In this document: piece by piece, positions 42,570 through 51,545 of the stretch
Layout: each line of letters starts with the position of its first letter
Numbering within the stretch: the first letter of the stretch is position 1
Origin: a virus
Reading direction: 5' to 3' (one strand)
Virus record (IMG/VR): IMGVR_UViG_3300045988_107637
Coordinates: 14,411 to 78,410 of that record
DNA: 64,000 nt
Program-made: the position numbers and the translations under genes
Notes under the pieces: model-generated
What the model saw: only the letters and a program-made list of their open reading frames with translations
What the model was told of the DNA's origin: nothing
The model's database searches: none

Positions 42570-42579
42570 CCCCCCCCCC
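42570..42579. repeat. homopolymer C10 (G10 on the gene strand) in an intergenic promoter region
   Basis: Counted directly. Confidence 0.9.
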
Positions 42580-42593
42580 ATAATTAACTGAAA

Positions 42594-42848
42594 TTAACTA
42601 TTGTGTTCAACATATCCATTTTCTACACACCAACATAGCATTTCATAGGCTATTTCAAGTAGATTATTCCCCCTAATCAACTTCAATACATCATAGCATC
42701 GTCCGGCTTCTGGGGAATATATTTGTGCTTTGTCCGTAAGGATAAATCCGTTTTTATCCCTTGCGGCAGTATAGAAGAAAGAGAGAAATCCATATCTCCA
42801 TTCTCCCGTATCAATGTCCTTTCCTCTAAATTTTATTTTTCTTACCAT
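42594..42848 (-). CDS. hypothetical protein (84 aa from ATG 42848)
   Basis: The C-terminus AYEMLCWCVENGYVEHNS is paralogous to the end of 53544-53957. Confidence 0.5.
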   Translation of the reverse strand: MVRKIKFRGKDIDTGEWRYGFLSFFYTAARDKNGFILTDKAQIYSPEAGRCYDVLKLIRGNNLLEIAYEMLCWCVENGYVEHNS

Positions 42849-42852
42849 AACA

Positions 42853-43173
42853 TTATTTTTTAAGTCTTGCCACAAAGTCCTCCAAATACATAGTCTGATT
42901 GATACCGTGTACTTCGTAAAAGATGTCTGCTATCGTTTGCTTTGCCGCTTCAATAGCCTTTTCTTCGGTTACTCTAACTGCCAGTTCGTAGTCTTGAACG
43001 GCTCTAAAACTTACACTCTCTTCATCTTTCCTCTGAGATGGTAAACAGTATATATTATCACATTCTTTCTGATAAAAGAAACATTTTCTACAAGGGGAAT
43101 CAAGCACATTTACTACTTCTAAGGTTACTCCTTCATACTCAAATCTTTCACCTATTTTTTTATCTTCAAACAT
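42853..43173 (-). CDS. hypothetical Cys-containing protein (106 aa)
   Basis: IGERFEYEGVTLEVV...CRKCFFYQKEC is paralogous to 54219-54428. Confidence 0.55.
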   Translation of the reverse strand: MFEDKKIGERFEYEGVTLEVVNVLDSPCRKCFFYQKECDNIYCLPSQRKDEESVSFRAVQDYELAVRVTEEKAIEAAKQTIADIFYEVHGINQTMYLEDFVARLKK

Positions 43174-43183
43174 ATTGTACCTC

Positions 43184-43366
43184 CTAATCTTTATAAGTAA
43201 ATTCTACTGAATTAATTTGCTCCTCGGAAAGAGTGACCTTGTGCTTATCAAGCCACTTCACAATCTTTTTATGTATTCTGTCGTTCTCGGCTTCTGTTAT
43301 AAAACCATTCAGATACAGAAAGCTTCTGCAAATACAAGCAATAGCTGCCAATCTTCTGTTTTTCAT
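43184..43366 (-). CDS. hypothetical protein (60 aa)
   Basis: ORF track with an ATG start and tight packing. Confidence 0.45.
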   Translation of the reverse strand: MKNRRLAAIACICRSFLYLNGFITEAENDRIHKKIVKWLDKHKVTLSEEQINSVEFTYKD

Positions 43367-43578
43367 ATTAGTTCCTCCTTAATCATTGTGATAAAAATAT
43401 CGCACACATCGTTGCATAACTCCATTAGTCGTTTACTTTTGACTTCATCATCCAATGAATCTTGTAAGCCATGATGGGTATGGCTCAATCTGCTATATGA
43501 GAAAGATTCACTTTCTATGTTTACCAAAGTATCGTCTCCGTTAAGGAAGCAATCGGGAATATCAATGAATATTTTCAT
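43363..43578 (-). CDS. hypothetical protein (71 aa)
   Basis: ORF track with a 4-nt overlap. Confidence 0.5.
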   Translation of the reverse strand: MKIFIDIPDCFLNGDDTLVNIESESFSYSRLSHTHHGLQDSLDDEVKSKRLMELCNDVCDIFITMIKEELI

Positions 43579-43579
43579 A

Positions 43580-43900
43580 TTATTTGTTTTTTAGTTCTTC
43601 ACTCAACAACAAAGTATCTATTTTGGAATAAAGTCCTTTGTCTTTAAATTTACGTATTCTCTTGAAAAGATTACCAGTCAGACAGAATCGGTATGACTTA
43701 CCTACAATATTTGGTATTTCTTCACGTTTAACCCGATTATCTTCACACATTGAGGCAAGCATATCGACCTGCTGTCTGGTGGCTACACAAGTACCTGACT
43801 TGTTCTTATCTATGGTAGTAACTACAAATTCTTCCAACCCTACTTCCTTTGCAGCCGGGAGAAGTCTTTTTAGATACTTCCTGCACATCTTCTGTAGCAT
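43580..43900 (-). CDS. hypothetical protein, paralog of 44648-44977
   Basis: Both share CRKYLK(R/K)L...EQVxMLAS(M/L)C.D.R(V/I)KREEIP...FKRIRKFKDKG(L/I)YSK. Confidence 0.6.
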   Translation of the reverse strand: MLQKMCRKYLKRLLPAAKEVGLEEFVVTTIDKNKSGTCVATRQQVDMLASMCEDNRVKREEIPNIVGKSYRFCLTGNLFKRIRKFKDKGLYSKIDTLLLSEELKNK

Positions 43901-43903
43901 AGG

Positions 43904-44104
43904 CTATTTGTCTGCTGATTTATAATCCCAGCCATTTAGTTCATAGCATCGCTTACGGACAACTTCTCTATCCCAATGCTCAAATATCTTAGTCCCTCCC
44001 ATGCCGTCCTTTTCTCGCTCATATAAAGCCCACTCTCTTCCTCTTGGTTCATAGTAATACTTTGGTTGACTATTTGCCAAGTCCTTGTATTCTTGCTCCG
44101 TCAT
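43904..44104 (-). CDS. hypothetical protein (66 aa from ATG 44104)
   Basis: The track start at 44116 is a TTG. Confidence 0.5.
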   Translation of the reverse strand: MTEQEYKDLANSQPKYYYEPRGREWALYEREKDGMGGTKIFEHWDREVVRKRCYELNGWDYKSADK

Positions 44105-44105
44105 A

Positions 44106-44651
44106 TCAATAATCAAATATAGGCATTAGAAGAGCTTCGGATAGAGATAACTCTTTGTCGTAAAATGTAATCTTAATTCCTTTGCTATCACCTTTAGGAA
44201 AATGAAATCTTATGCCTCTCCTTGCATTCAAAGCATCGGCTATCAATTCAATGTTAAGTGGGTCAATAAGTACCTTTTCCGCAAATCCCGGTTTGAATTG
44301 ACTTATAACTTCGTTATAATTGGGATATTTCATGTCTCCAGCAAACTTATACTTTATGTCCCAATCGTCATATATAGCGTGGAAACCATCTTCTTCAATC
44401 TCAATAATAGTATGCTTGATGATTTCCTTAAAGTTCTTTGCACTAATTAGTTTACCTTCCAGTAATTCCTTCTCTTCTTCGCTAAAGTTGCAAATCTCAT
44501 TTAGGCAAGCTTTAATTAATATCTTTCCGTTGGAGGCAATTGCATATCCATCTTTGAAATATATGCAATTCATTACTGGTCTAAGAAAGTCATTTGCACA
44601 AGCTAAATGCAGCTTTATCCCCTTGTTGAAATTGTGTCTAATCTTCTTCAT
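44106..44651 (-). CDS. hypothetical protein (181 aa), faint sliding-clamp-like motifs
   Basis: The motifs ...DFLRPVMNCIYFKDGYAIASNGKILI... and KYPNYNEVI recall DnaN-domain patterns. Not verified. Confidence 0.5.
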   Translation of the reverse strand: MKKIRHNFNKGIKLHLACANDFLRPVMNCIYFKDGYAIASNGKILIKACLNEICNFSEEEKELLEGKLISAKNFKEIIKHTIIEIEEDGFHAIYDDWDIKYKFAGDMKYPNYNEVISQFKPGFAEKVLIDPLNIELIADALNARRGIRFHFPKGDSKGIKITFYDKELSLSEALLMPIFDY

Positions 44652-44977
44652 ATCATTTGGTCTTTTAGTATTATAGCATCCACTTTGGAGTAGATACCTT
44701 TGTCTTTAAATTTACGTATTCTCTTGAAAATCTTTTGTTCGTTACACTTCCGGTATGACATACCAAGTAAGTCGGGAATTTCCTCCCTCTTTATTCTATC
44801 ATCGCCACATAGAGAAGCCAGCATATTGACTTGTTCTACTGTGGCTGTGCATCGTCCATTTTCGTTTTCGGCAATAGTCCTTTCGACAAATTTATCAAGA
44901 CCGATATCTCTCGCTTTCCGGTACAACTTTTTTAGATACTTTCTGCAAAGCTGCTGTAGTTTATTATGGTAACTCAT
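44648..44977 (-). CDS. hypothetical protein, paralog of 43580-43900
   Basis: See the paralog entry. ATG start. Confidence 0.6.
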   Translation of the reverse strand: MSYHNKLQQLCRKYLKKLYRKARDIGLDKFVERTIAENENGRCTATVEQVNMLASLCGDDRIKREEIPDLLGMSYRKCNEQKIFKRIRKFKDKGIYSKVDAIILKDQMI

Positions 44978-45669
44978 AATAGCTTCTTTATAATATCTCC
45001 ATTATATGAGTTTTTAGTTAGTTCTATAAATTCATATATAGTATAAGCATCCTTATCAATGTCTATACCCTTATTGATACAGAATGACAACCTTCCTTGC
45101 TTGCACGAACCGGTTAGCACATGATGCCAATAAAATAATTCTTTAGCCGATACCTTTTTAGTAAAGTCTGGAAAATGCTTTTTAAAAGCTTCTATCCTTT
45201 CCTCCTCGGTTGAATCGTCATACAATTTTTCTTGAAGCGAAGCAAACGCATCGTGCAATGTTTCTCCATGAGCGAATTTCCCATTCTCTTTGGCAACAAA
45301 TGTTTCAGTCAATGTAAAGTCATCGTTCAATATATATCCTTTAGCTACATTGTCATGAATATGCTTGATAATTGTAGGAATGCCATCGATTATATATACT
45401 TTGTCCCCATTGAATGTTTTAATTCCATCGCCATCGCCATCGCCATCGCCAGAGCCATCGCCATAGCCAGAGCCATAGCCAGAGCCAGAGCCATAGCCAT
45501 AGCCATAGCCATCGCCAGAGCCAGAGCCATCGCCAGAGCCATCGCCATAGCCAGAGCCATAGCCAGAGCCATAGCCAGAGCCAGAGCCATAGCCATAGCC
45601 ATAGCCATAGCCATCGCCAGAGCCATAGCCATCGCCAGAGCTAAGAAATAGCTTTATCTGTTCTTCCAT
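44974..45669 (-). CDS. protein with ~75-aa Gly/Tyr/Ser/Asp low-complexity N-terminus plus globular C-terminal domain
   Basis: GDGYGSGDGYGYGYGYGSGSGYGSGYG... is followed by a non-repetitive 150 aa. The other two frames of the repeat give the AIAIARA artefact ORFs. Confidence 0.6.
   Translation of the reverse strand: MEEQIKLFLSSGDGYGSGDGYGYGYGYGSGSGYGSGYGSGYGDGSGDGSGSGDGYGYGYGSGSGYGSGYGDGSGDGDGDGDGIKTFNGDKVYIIDGIPTIIKHIHDNVAKGYILNDDFTLTETFVAKENGKFAHGETLHDAFASLQEKLYDDSTEEERIEAFKKHFPDFTKKVSAKELFYWHHVLTGSCKQGRLSFCINKGIDIDKDAYTIYEFIELTKNSYNGDIIKKLL
45426..45640. repeat. degenerate 6-nt-periodic tandem repeat (GCCATA/GCCAGA/GCCATC)
   Basis: Read directly. Encodes the GY/GS/GD tract. Confidence 0.85.
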
Positions 45670-45953
45670 ACTGACACCTCCTCAATGGATTTTATTGCTT
45701 CGTCTGTACAAGGTATTATTTCAATAACCCCTAAAATTGAAATTATCGGCACGGCCAATGTGAATTTACAATCATTAGGGCGTTTTGTCCCTTCTGCTGC
45801 CAATTGGCTGATAGATACAGCCCCATACCAACACCACAATCTTCGGCAGTCTGTCAATGTAACTTCACTACCATTCTTTTCTTTCAACGTACCGAAAAAC
45901 ACACCGGCTCTGTCTGCTCTAATAATTACTTTTTTACCAATAAAATTGCTCAT
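45654..45953 (-). CDS. hypothetical protein (99 aa)
   Basis: ORF track with an ATG start. Overlaps the downstream start. Confidence 0.55.
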   Translation of the reverse strand: MSNFIGKKVIIRADRAGVFFGTLKEKNGSEVTLTDCRRLWCWYGAVSISQLAAEGTKRPNDCKFTLAVPIISILGVIEIIPCTDEAIKSIEEVSVWKNR

Positions 45954-46019
45954 ATCATTATAATTGGGTTTTATAAAGCCGCCCAGGGCTATAGTACATA
46001 TTATTTGTGGGGCAGCAAC

Positions 46020-46478
46020 CTAATGCTGTCCCGATTTAATGTTTCTAAAGAATTGCTGAATGCCTAAGAATAGGATAACGAGAATGACTGCTATGTTAGT
46101 GTAGTAGATAGTCAGAAACGCGGAATTCGATGTGAATATTGTATCTAAATACTCACGTTGTATTAATACTGCAAATATGTAAAGTACGCCTAATAAGTAT
46201 CTCCAACAAAAGCGTAATGCAATACCAAGAATTAATAGAAAGATGTTAAGAGTAATAGTGATTTTGATAATCCGTGTCAGAAAGAAAGCAACGGGAGTAT
46301 AGAAATAGTAGTTACCATCTTTACCCAAATATACATCACCGTTATAAAATGCTGATAACTTATCAACATAATCACATAGTAATATAAGACAAAGGAAATA
46401 CACTGCATACTTAGTAAGTACAACAAGAGCTTTCCTACATTTAGGAGCAAGTAACCATATATAACTATTCAAATCCAT
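46020..46478 (-). CDS. multi-pass membrane protein (152 aa)
   Basis: Four or more hydrophobic helices are visible (VYFLCLILLCDYV, ITITLNIFLLILGIALRF, GVLYIFAVLI, IAVILVILFLGI). Confidence 0.55.
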   Translation of the reverse strand: MDLNSYIWLLAPKCRKALVVLTKYAVYFLCLILLCDYVDKLSAFYNGDVYLGKDGNYYFYTPVAFFLTRIIKITITLNIFLLILGIALRFCWRYLLGVLYIFAVLIQREYLDTIFTSNSAFLTIYYTNIAVILVILFLGIQQFFRNIKSGQH

Positions 46479-46479
46479 A

Positions 46480-46701
46480 TCATTCTTTTACTTTAGCTTT
46501 AACGACAATCGTATCTGATTTTGTTTTAGTCTTAGTTGTATCGGGCTTAATAATTCTTACCCTTATATCACCAACATTAGTATCATCTCTACGAGGAGCT
46601 TTATGTATCTTAGGATTTCTAATAACTGGCATCTTTCTCTTCGTAGTGTCAGACGGAATACTATCGTTCTTCGTCTTCACATTCACTTTTATCTTCACCA
46701 T
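46480..46701 (-). CDS. basic Lys/Thr-rich small protein (73 aa)
   Basis: ORF track. Confidence 0.45.
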   Translation of the reverse strand: MVKIKVNVKTKNDSIPSDTTKRKMPVIRNPKIHKAPRRDDTNVGDIRVRIIKPDTTKTKTKSDTIVVKAKVKE

Positions 46702-46846
46702 CTTCTACTTTTATTAAGTGACCTTTTTTATTTCCATAGGCAAAGTGACGGGCTTCGACCTTATTATTAGCTATCATATAATAGACAGCCGAAGTAGTCT
46801 TGCCAATTCTCCTTGCGTATTCTTTTACACTTATCCACTTTTCCAT
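46661..46846 (-). CDS. excisionase/MerR-like HTH DNA-binding protein
   Basis: WISVKEYARRIGKTTSAVYYMIANNKV is a typical Xis-type HTH. Confidence 0.55.
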   Translation of the reverse strand: MEKWISVKEYARRIGKTTSAVYYMIANNKVEARHFAYGNKKGHLIKVEDGEDKSECEDEER

Positions 46847-46854
46847 AATGGTTC

Positions 46855-47346
46855 TTACTTTTGTCCCGTACTACCATATCCGTTAGCTCCTCTATCGGTA
46901 TCAGAAAGCTCTTCCACTTCCTCCCATTCGATTGGCAAGGTAATACCTATCTTAGCTTGGATTATTCTATCTCCTACCTCGTACTTTGGCATAGTAGGCA
47001 TAACATGATAAAATACTGCTGACATCTCACCACGGTAAAGTTCATCAATAGTTCCCTCACAGTTGGATAAGACCATACCAGTTTGCCATACGCTGCTTCT
47101 TGGGCGACAATCAAGTGACAAATGAAAAGGTAATTTAGATAAATCTATAAGTGTATCCTCCTCAATGTCTTTCAATATAGTTTCCCAGCCTCTTTCCATT
47201 TCTATTGCAATGCCTAATCCATACTTATAAACGTTAGGTGCAATTTCCTCGCATGAAGTAGCGTATAAGTCCCAGCAAAAGTCGGATGGATATTTTTTGA
47301 ATGGTGAAGGTACTGATTTATCCAGCTTCTTAAATTTTATCTTCAT
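46855..47346 (-). CDS. dut: dUTP diphosphatase
   Basis: All five trimeric dUTPase motifs are present: CWDLYA, PRSS, GTIDELYRGE, GDRIIQ, RGANGYGSTG. The ATG at 47346 sits just downstream of the promoter at 47373-47404, and the track start at 47469 is upstream of that promoter. Confidence 0.85.
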   Translation of the reverse strand: MKIKFKKLDKSVPSPFKKYPSDFCWDLYATSCEEIAPNVYKYGLGIAIEMERGWETILKDIEEDTLIDLSKLPFHLSLDCRPRSSVWQTGMVLSNCEGTIDELYRGEMSAVFYHVMPTMPKYEVGDRIIQAKIGITLPIEWEEVEELSDTDRGANGYGSTGQK

Positions 47347-47372
47347 TGTAAATTTGGTTTTGATTACAGTGA

Positions 47373-47404
47373 CAAAAGTAGCTGAAATTTTGGAAAGTTC
47401 CAAA
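47373..47404 (-). promoter_or_regulatory. Bacteroides-type promoter TTTG-N20-TACTTTTG with TTTTGGAACTTTCCAAAA palindrome
   Basis: Minus strand reads TTTGgaactttccaaaatttcagcTACTTTTG. Confidence 0.6.
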
Positions 47405-47424
47405 AAAATAGAGTTCAAAATTTT

Positions 47425-47463
47425 GTTAAAAGAAAGAGAGAAAGCACAATTGTACTCTCCCTC
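47425..47463 (-). terminator. terminator-like hairpin upstream of the dut promoter
   Basis: GAGGGAGAG-N10-CUUUCUCUC (contains G.U pairs) followed by a T-rich run. Confidence 0.45.
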
Positions 47464-47480
47464 CTTCACGAGATTAAAAG

Positions 47481-47909
47481 CTACAAATTAACTATATCCA
47501 CATAGTTAGATTCAACAACTCTTTCGATTCTCCAATCAGCCATAGAAGCGGACATGGCTTCTTTGACAGTGTTTGTTGCCTCTTCTGTTGTATCAGCTTC
47601 AACAATCAACATACACGGTGTTTTCTTCTCGTCACCATCGTCATTCAGAGTAATGTAGTTGAGCTTTACCATAAACAGCTTCTTGTCCTCCTTGTCCTTA
47701 TCTCCCAAAAATTCTTGGAAGTTCGTCCGTCCAACCGCAAGAACTGAAAACTCTTCTGCTTGGTAGATAGACAGTTCTTCATTCATCAGCTTTTCGCATT
47801 CTGTGCAACTCATAGCGTTTACAAGATACTTTTCTGTTACTCTCTTTTGCTTGCCTCTTTTGTTGATTTTCACGTAAGAAACTTTTGCTTCCATTAATTG
47901 TACTAACAT
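47481..47909 (-). CDS. DUF4494-like protein
   Basis: EAKVSYVKINKRGKQKRVTEKYLVNAMSCTECEKLMNEE resembles the Bacteroidota DUF4494 N-terminal pattern. Confidence 0.5.
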   Translation of the reverse strand: MLVQLMEAKVSYVKINKRGKQKRVTEKYLVNAMSCTECEKLMNEELSIYQAEEFSVLAVGRTNFQEFLGDKDKEDKKLFMVKLNYITLNDDGDEKKTPCMLIVEADTTEEATNTVKEAMSASMADWRIERVVESNYVDIVNL

Positions 47910-47928
47910 GATTAATTGTTTTAATTGA

Positions 47929-48144
47929 TTAAAAACTAAAGTTATTTATACCTATCCATCCGACTACTTTGAATCGGCAGATAGTGCTTATGATTTTGTT
48001 GTCATATTCCGGTGAATACGTGAACCAACGACCCAATAGATATTCCCCATGAAAAATCATCTTATTTTCGCATAGGAATAGAACTTCTTCGCCTTCTTTC
48101 GGTAAATACTGCTCTATTTTCGTAAATTCGATTTTATTTTCCAT
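47929..48144 (-). CDS. hypothetical protein (71 aa from ATG 48144)
   Basis: The track start at 48219 is a TTG that overlaps the upstream gene. Confidence 0.5.
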   Translation of the reverse strand: MENKIEFTKIEQYLPKEGEEVLFLCENKMIFHGEYLLGRWFTYSPEYDNKIISTICRFKVVGWIGINNFSF

Positions 48145-48146
48145 AA

Positions 48147-48587
48147 CTAACTTGGATAAAAGGTATAACAATTCTGAAAGTTCAGTTTTACCAAATCTAT
48201 GCTTCTCTCCTTGTACCAATTAGGAACATAATTGCAGATGGCGAACTCTTTTTCTTTCTTTTCATATATATCTTCTAAGAATTGCTTAGTAGTCATTCTG
48301 TAGAAATCACAGTTAGGTGCTTTAAATACTTCTTTGCCATCTATTTCTTCTGGATTGACAGCAATAAATTTTGCATGGTCTTGAAATAAATAGCATTGTG
48401 GATTATAGGCACAACCAAAATCATAGACAGTATATTCTTTAGGTATGATTTTTGATAGATAGTAATATGTTTCCATAAAGCCTATAAAATCTGTTCCTAT
48501 AGCACAATACTCCTGCTTGAAAACCCTATCTTTTTCTTCCTTTGGAATAAGAGATAGTACATAGTTTGTGATTTCTTGTTCGTTCAT
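48147..48587 (-). CDS. hypothetical protein, possible SAM-methyltransferase-like fold
   Basis: ATG at 48587. VYDFGCAYNP is weakly motif-I-like. Unverified. Confidence 0.45.
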   Translation of the reverse strand: MNEQEITNYVLSLIPKEEKDRVFKQEYCAIGTDFIGFMETYYYLSKIIPKEYTVYDFGCAYNPQCYLFQDHAKFIAVNPEEIDGKEVFKAPNCDFYRMTTKQFLEDIYEKKEKEFAICNYVPNWYKERSIDLVKLNFQNCYTFYPS

Positions 48588-48588
48588 A

Positions 48589-50685
48589 TCAAAAAGGTAA
48601 TTCCTGCAATTCGCTACCAAACGGTAATTGATTGCTCATATTGTCATATATGTCTTGTAAGTCAGAAACATCAGATTCGGGTGTCGGTTCAAATGTCAAC
48701 TGTGCTGGCTGCTCCTGCCAGCCATAGACAATGTTTTCCGATATTTCGTTCTTAAGTCTACGGGATTCGACCTCATAGTACATGCCTACTAATAAGTCTA
48801 TCACTCCCATGCTTCGGTTCTTGCAGACCTCAATTACAGAGTTATACTTTAGATATGGCAGAACTTTGTCCTTGCCGAAGAACTCCCCTGCCCTCTGCTC
48901 GAAGTCTTTTCCTATTCGATGTATGATGAATACAGAATCAGCCAAGTTAGTTAAATCTGCTGTGCCGGATATGCTTTCTTTTCGTAGAAATATACCTTCT
49001 TTTCTTGGATGGCATACTAACAGCACATGCACATTCTTAGCTTTAGCATATTCTTTTAAGTCATTGATGAACTTAGTTTGCTGGGTATATTTATCACCTT
49101 CATAGTTGTCAATCTGCAATGCCATCAAGTTATCAAGAACAATAAGCTGTACACCTTCTTTGTCTACAAGCTCTTTTACATCAGCAAACAGTTGTTGCCA
49201 TTTACTTCCATAATTATTGTTATAAAGGAATAGTTTGCCTTCTAACCAATTACTTATCTGATTGGAAATATTTTTAGGAGCATAGTAGTAGTTTTCAAAG
49301 CCCTCCCTTTTGCATACATAATTTTTACCAGCAGCGATTTGATTTATCCAGCTTTGAAATCTAAAGTCTTGCAATTCTCCCGACCATATTCCTACTTTAT
49401 ATCCTCTTTGTATAGCATTCAGAGCAACACAATCTATCCAACTACTTTTTCCCGCACCAGAGCCGCCAGACAATACAGTTACATCTCCAAGCAACAGTCC
49501 AATGATTTTTTTGTCAAGTTCTTTATATCCCGTAGGAATTGAAGCCATCTTACTCATATCCACATACTGAACATCAGTCATAGCCAGCCACTTCTTTCCC
49601 TTTGCAGAATCCTCCTTCTTTGGTGCAAACGGTTCTTTCTTTTGGGAAGAGTAGTATTGCATCTTATGCTCGTGCCTTTGATATTCCCTGTGGCCGTAAG
49701 CATCTGGTTCAAACTTCAACCGAAAATCCTTCCATGTATATTGAGAACAACTTGAATGCAGACATTTAAAGCCAAGTCCTCCATTAGACATCTCAAAGAT
49801 TGCTGAATCCGGAGCACGGTGTGAGCTATTGAAGGGGCATTCGTCAAGTATATATTTTGTAAATGATGATGTCCTTACAATATTTCTCACTGCAATGTGG
49901 TGTTTATTTAGAAATGCTTCTAAGTCAAACTTCTCATTACTGTAGTAGTTACTCTTGCTCGGTTGTTCCGGTTTCGGGAGCATAGCCGCAACTTTAGCAA
50001 AGTATTCGTTTGGAGTTATTTTTACATCATCCGGTATTCTTAGTATCTTACTTTCCCTCTGAGGACGTTTCTTAGTGTTGCTACCCTTTCTACTAAATGT
50101 TCCGTAAAGTTTACAAATTCTACTACTGTTAAAAGTTGTACAATCTATTTCCACATTTGGATTAGAGAATAGCATATCAAGAACTTGCAGGAACTCTTTA
50201 CAGATTGTAGTGTTCTCATTGTTGTTCTTCATAGCTATTTTGTACAGTAAATGGAAACCATTACCACTATCACATATTACTGGCTTTTCAAAGCCTTCAT
50301 CCCGTAGGAACTTGAATACATTGTTGACTACTTCTTTTGCCATCTCCTTTTCTTCATCAGTTGAATTTGTGTCTGATGGCTTTTTAGTATCTATGTCTAT
50401 CAATATCCAATCTCTTCCAACAATGTCATTGTCAGAAGTAGTTGACTTAGGTTTGGTAACAATCCTATCATGCTGCTCTCTGTAATAACATGCAGGATTG
50501 ATAGCGTTCAATGTGAAGTAGATGTTACAGTTATCGTACTTCCTAATTTCGTTGAGCAGGGTATCAACATCAGTAAAATAGCCGGAATATGTTCGTTTAT
50601 AAGCATTGTCTACTATACGAACTTCGACCAACTCTTCACCCGATTTGAAGGTATCATACCATTGTCTAATAGTTATTTCATTCAT
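48589..50685 (-). CDS. bifunctional primase-polymerase (AEP-type) / DnaB-RecA-like helicase
   Basis: 698 aa. The N-terminal half has ILIDIDTKK and CDSGNGFHLLY, with a Cys/His cluster in the middle. The C-terminal half has Walker A SGGSGAGKSS and Walker B LIVLDNL. Confidence 0.75.
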   Translation of the reverse strand: MNEITIRQWYDTFKSGEELVEVRIVDNAYKRTYSGYFTDVDTLLNEIRKYDNCNIYFTLNAINPACYYREQHDRIVTKPKSTTSDNDIVGRDWILIDIDTKKPSDTNSTDEEKEMAKEVVNNVFKFLRDEGFEKPVICDSGNGFHLLYKIAMKNNNENTTICKEFLQVLDMLFSNPNVEIDCTTFNSSRICKLYGTFSRKGSNTKKRPQRESKILRIPDDVKITPNEYFAKVAAMLPKPEQPSKSNYYSNEKFDLEAFLNKHHIAVRNIVRTSSFTKYILDECPFNSSHRAPDSAIFEMSNGGLGFKCLHSSCSQYTWKDFRLKFEPDAYGHREYQRHEHKMQYYSSQKKEPFAPKKEDSAKGKKWLAMTDVQYVDMSKMASIPTGYKELDKKIIGLLLGDVTVLSGGSGAGKSSWIDCVALNAIQRGYKVGIWSGELQDFRFQSWINQIAAGKNYVCKREGFENYYYAPKNISNQISNWLEGKLFLYNNNYGSKWQQLFADVKELVDKEGVQLIVLDNLMALQIDNYEGDKYTQQTKFINDLKEYAKAKNVHVLLVCHPRKEGIFLRKESISGTADLTNLADSVFIIHRIGKDFEQRAGEFFGKDKVLPYLKYNSVIEVCKNRSMGVIDLLVGMYYEVESRRLKNEISENIVYGWQEQPAQLTFEPTPESDVSDLQDIYDNMSNQLPFGSELQELPF

Positions 50686-50867
50686 GGCAGTTCCTCCCTT
50701 AATTTATCCAATAGTTCTTGGGCGCAGGCTCTTGCATAATCAATACTATCAGTGACAATATCGTTTGCTTTAAATGTCTTTATCGTAATCCATCCATGCC
50801 AAGTATTCATTTGTACATCAAAGATGTTCTTATAAATGCCATAGTTTTCAATTCTATATTTTCTCAT
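50682..50867 (-). CDS. hypothetical protein (61 aa from ATG 50867)
   Basis: The track start at 50891 is a TTG. Confidence 0.45.
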   Translation of the reverse strand: MRKYRIENYGIYKNIFDVQMNTWHGWITIKTFKANDIVTDSIDYARACAQELLDKLREELP

Positions 50868-50871
50868 ATCG

Positions 50872-51330
50872 TTATTGTTTAAAGTGTTCAATCAGTTCGT
50901 CTACGGTAGCTTTGTGATAATTGTCAATCTCAAAATCATTAGGCATCCCATAGAAATCCATTCCAGACAAACCTCCATCAGAGCCATCCCGGTATATACC
51001 CAAATCGCCCTTACCATTAGTGAATAATTGATTGTTGTCTGTATCATCCTTTAATGCAGCTATAGCCAGAAAAAGTTCCTCATTCGTTCCGCAATCAACC
51101 CTTCCTTTCTTGGTAACAGTATCTACATTGTATATCACCCCATATAAATTCCCATAAGACGTTATGATTGCCCTTCCTTCTTCAATACTTTTATGACTTC
51201 CCTTGCCGTCATAATTATGTGCATCTAAAGTTGTATCACCAGAATTAAGTAGTTTATATCTCAACTCTTCCAGCTTCTTTCTAAGCTCTGGCGTATTCTT
51301 TCGTATAAAGCACGGTGTTGTAAATCCCAT
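50872..51330 (-). CDS. hypothetical protein (152 aa)
   Basis: ORF track with an ATG start. Confidence 0.55.
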   Translation of the reverse strand: MGFTTPCFIRKNTPELRKKLEELRYKLLNSGDTTLDAHNYDGKGSHKSIEEGRAIITSYGNLYGVIYNVDTVTKKGRVDCGTNEELFLAIAALKDDTDNNQLFTNGKGDLGIYRDGSDGGLSGMDFYGMPNDFEIDNYHKATVDELIEHFKQ

Positions 51331-51335
51331 AGTTA

Positions 51336-51545
51336 TTATCCTTTTAAAGAATTATTAAGCATATCTTCACAATGCAACTTATAAGCATAGGCAAACATTT
51401 TCAAAGTATTAGGCTCAAGGTGAAAATCCGCCTGTTTCCCTTCTATAATAACAGAAACACATAATTGTCCATCACAAAAGTCAATATATGCTTCACCACC
51501 TCCATCTCCTTTAATGGAAAGTGTTTGTGTCTGTACGCTATTCAT
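51336..51545 (-). CDS. hypothetical protein, paralog of 51843-52043
   Basis: Both share QT(L/I)(S)IKGD...AYI(D/N)F.D..L.VS(V/I)...EP.TLK..AYAYKLHCE. Confidence 0.55.
   Translation of the reverse strand: MNSVQTQTLSIKGDGGGEAYIDFCDGQLCVSVIIEGKQADFHLEPNTLKMFAYAYKLHCEDMLNNSLKG

Noticed and set aside
45232-45651. ORFs encoding AIAIARAIA... and MAMALAMAMA... repeats
   Set aside because: They are alternative frames or the opposite strand of the hexanucleotide repeat. The Gly/Tyr/Ser frame is the one that continues into a normal domain and fits the gene array.
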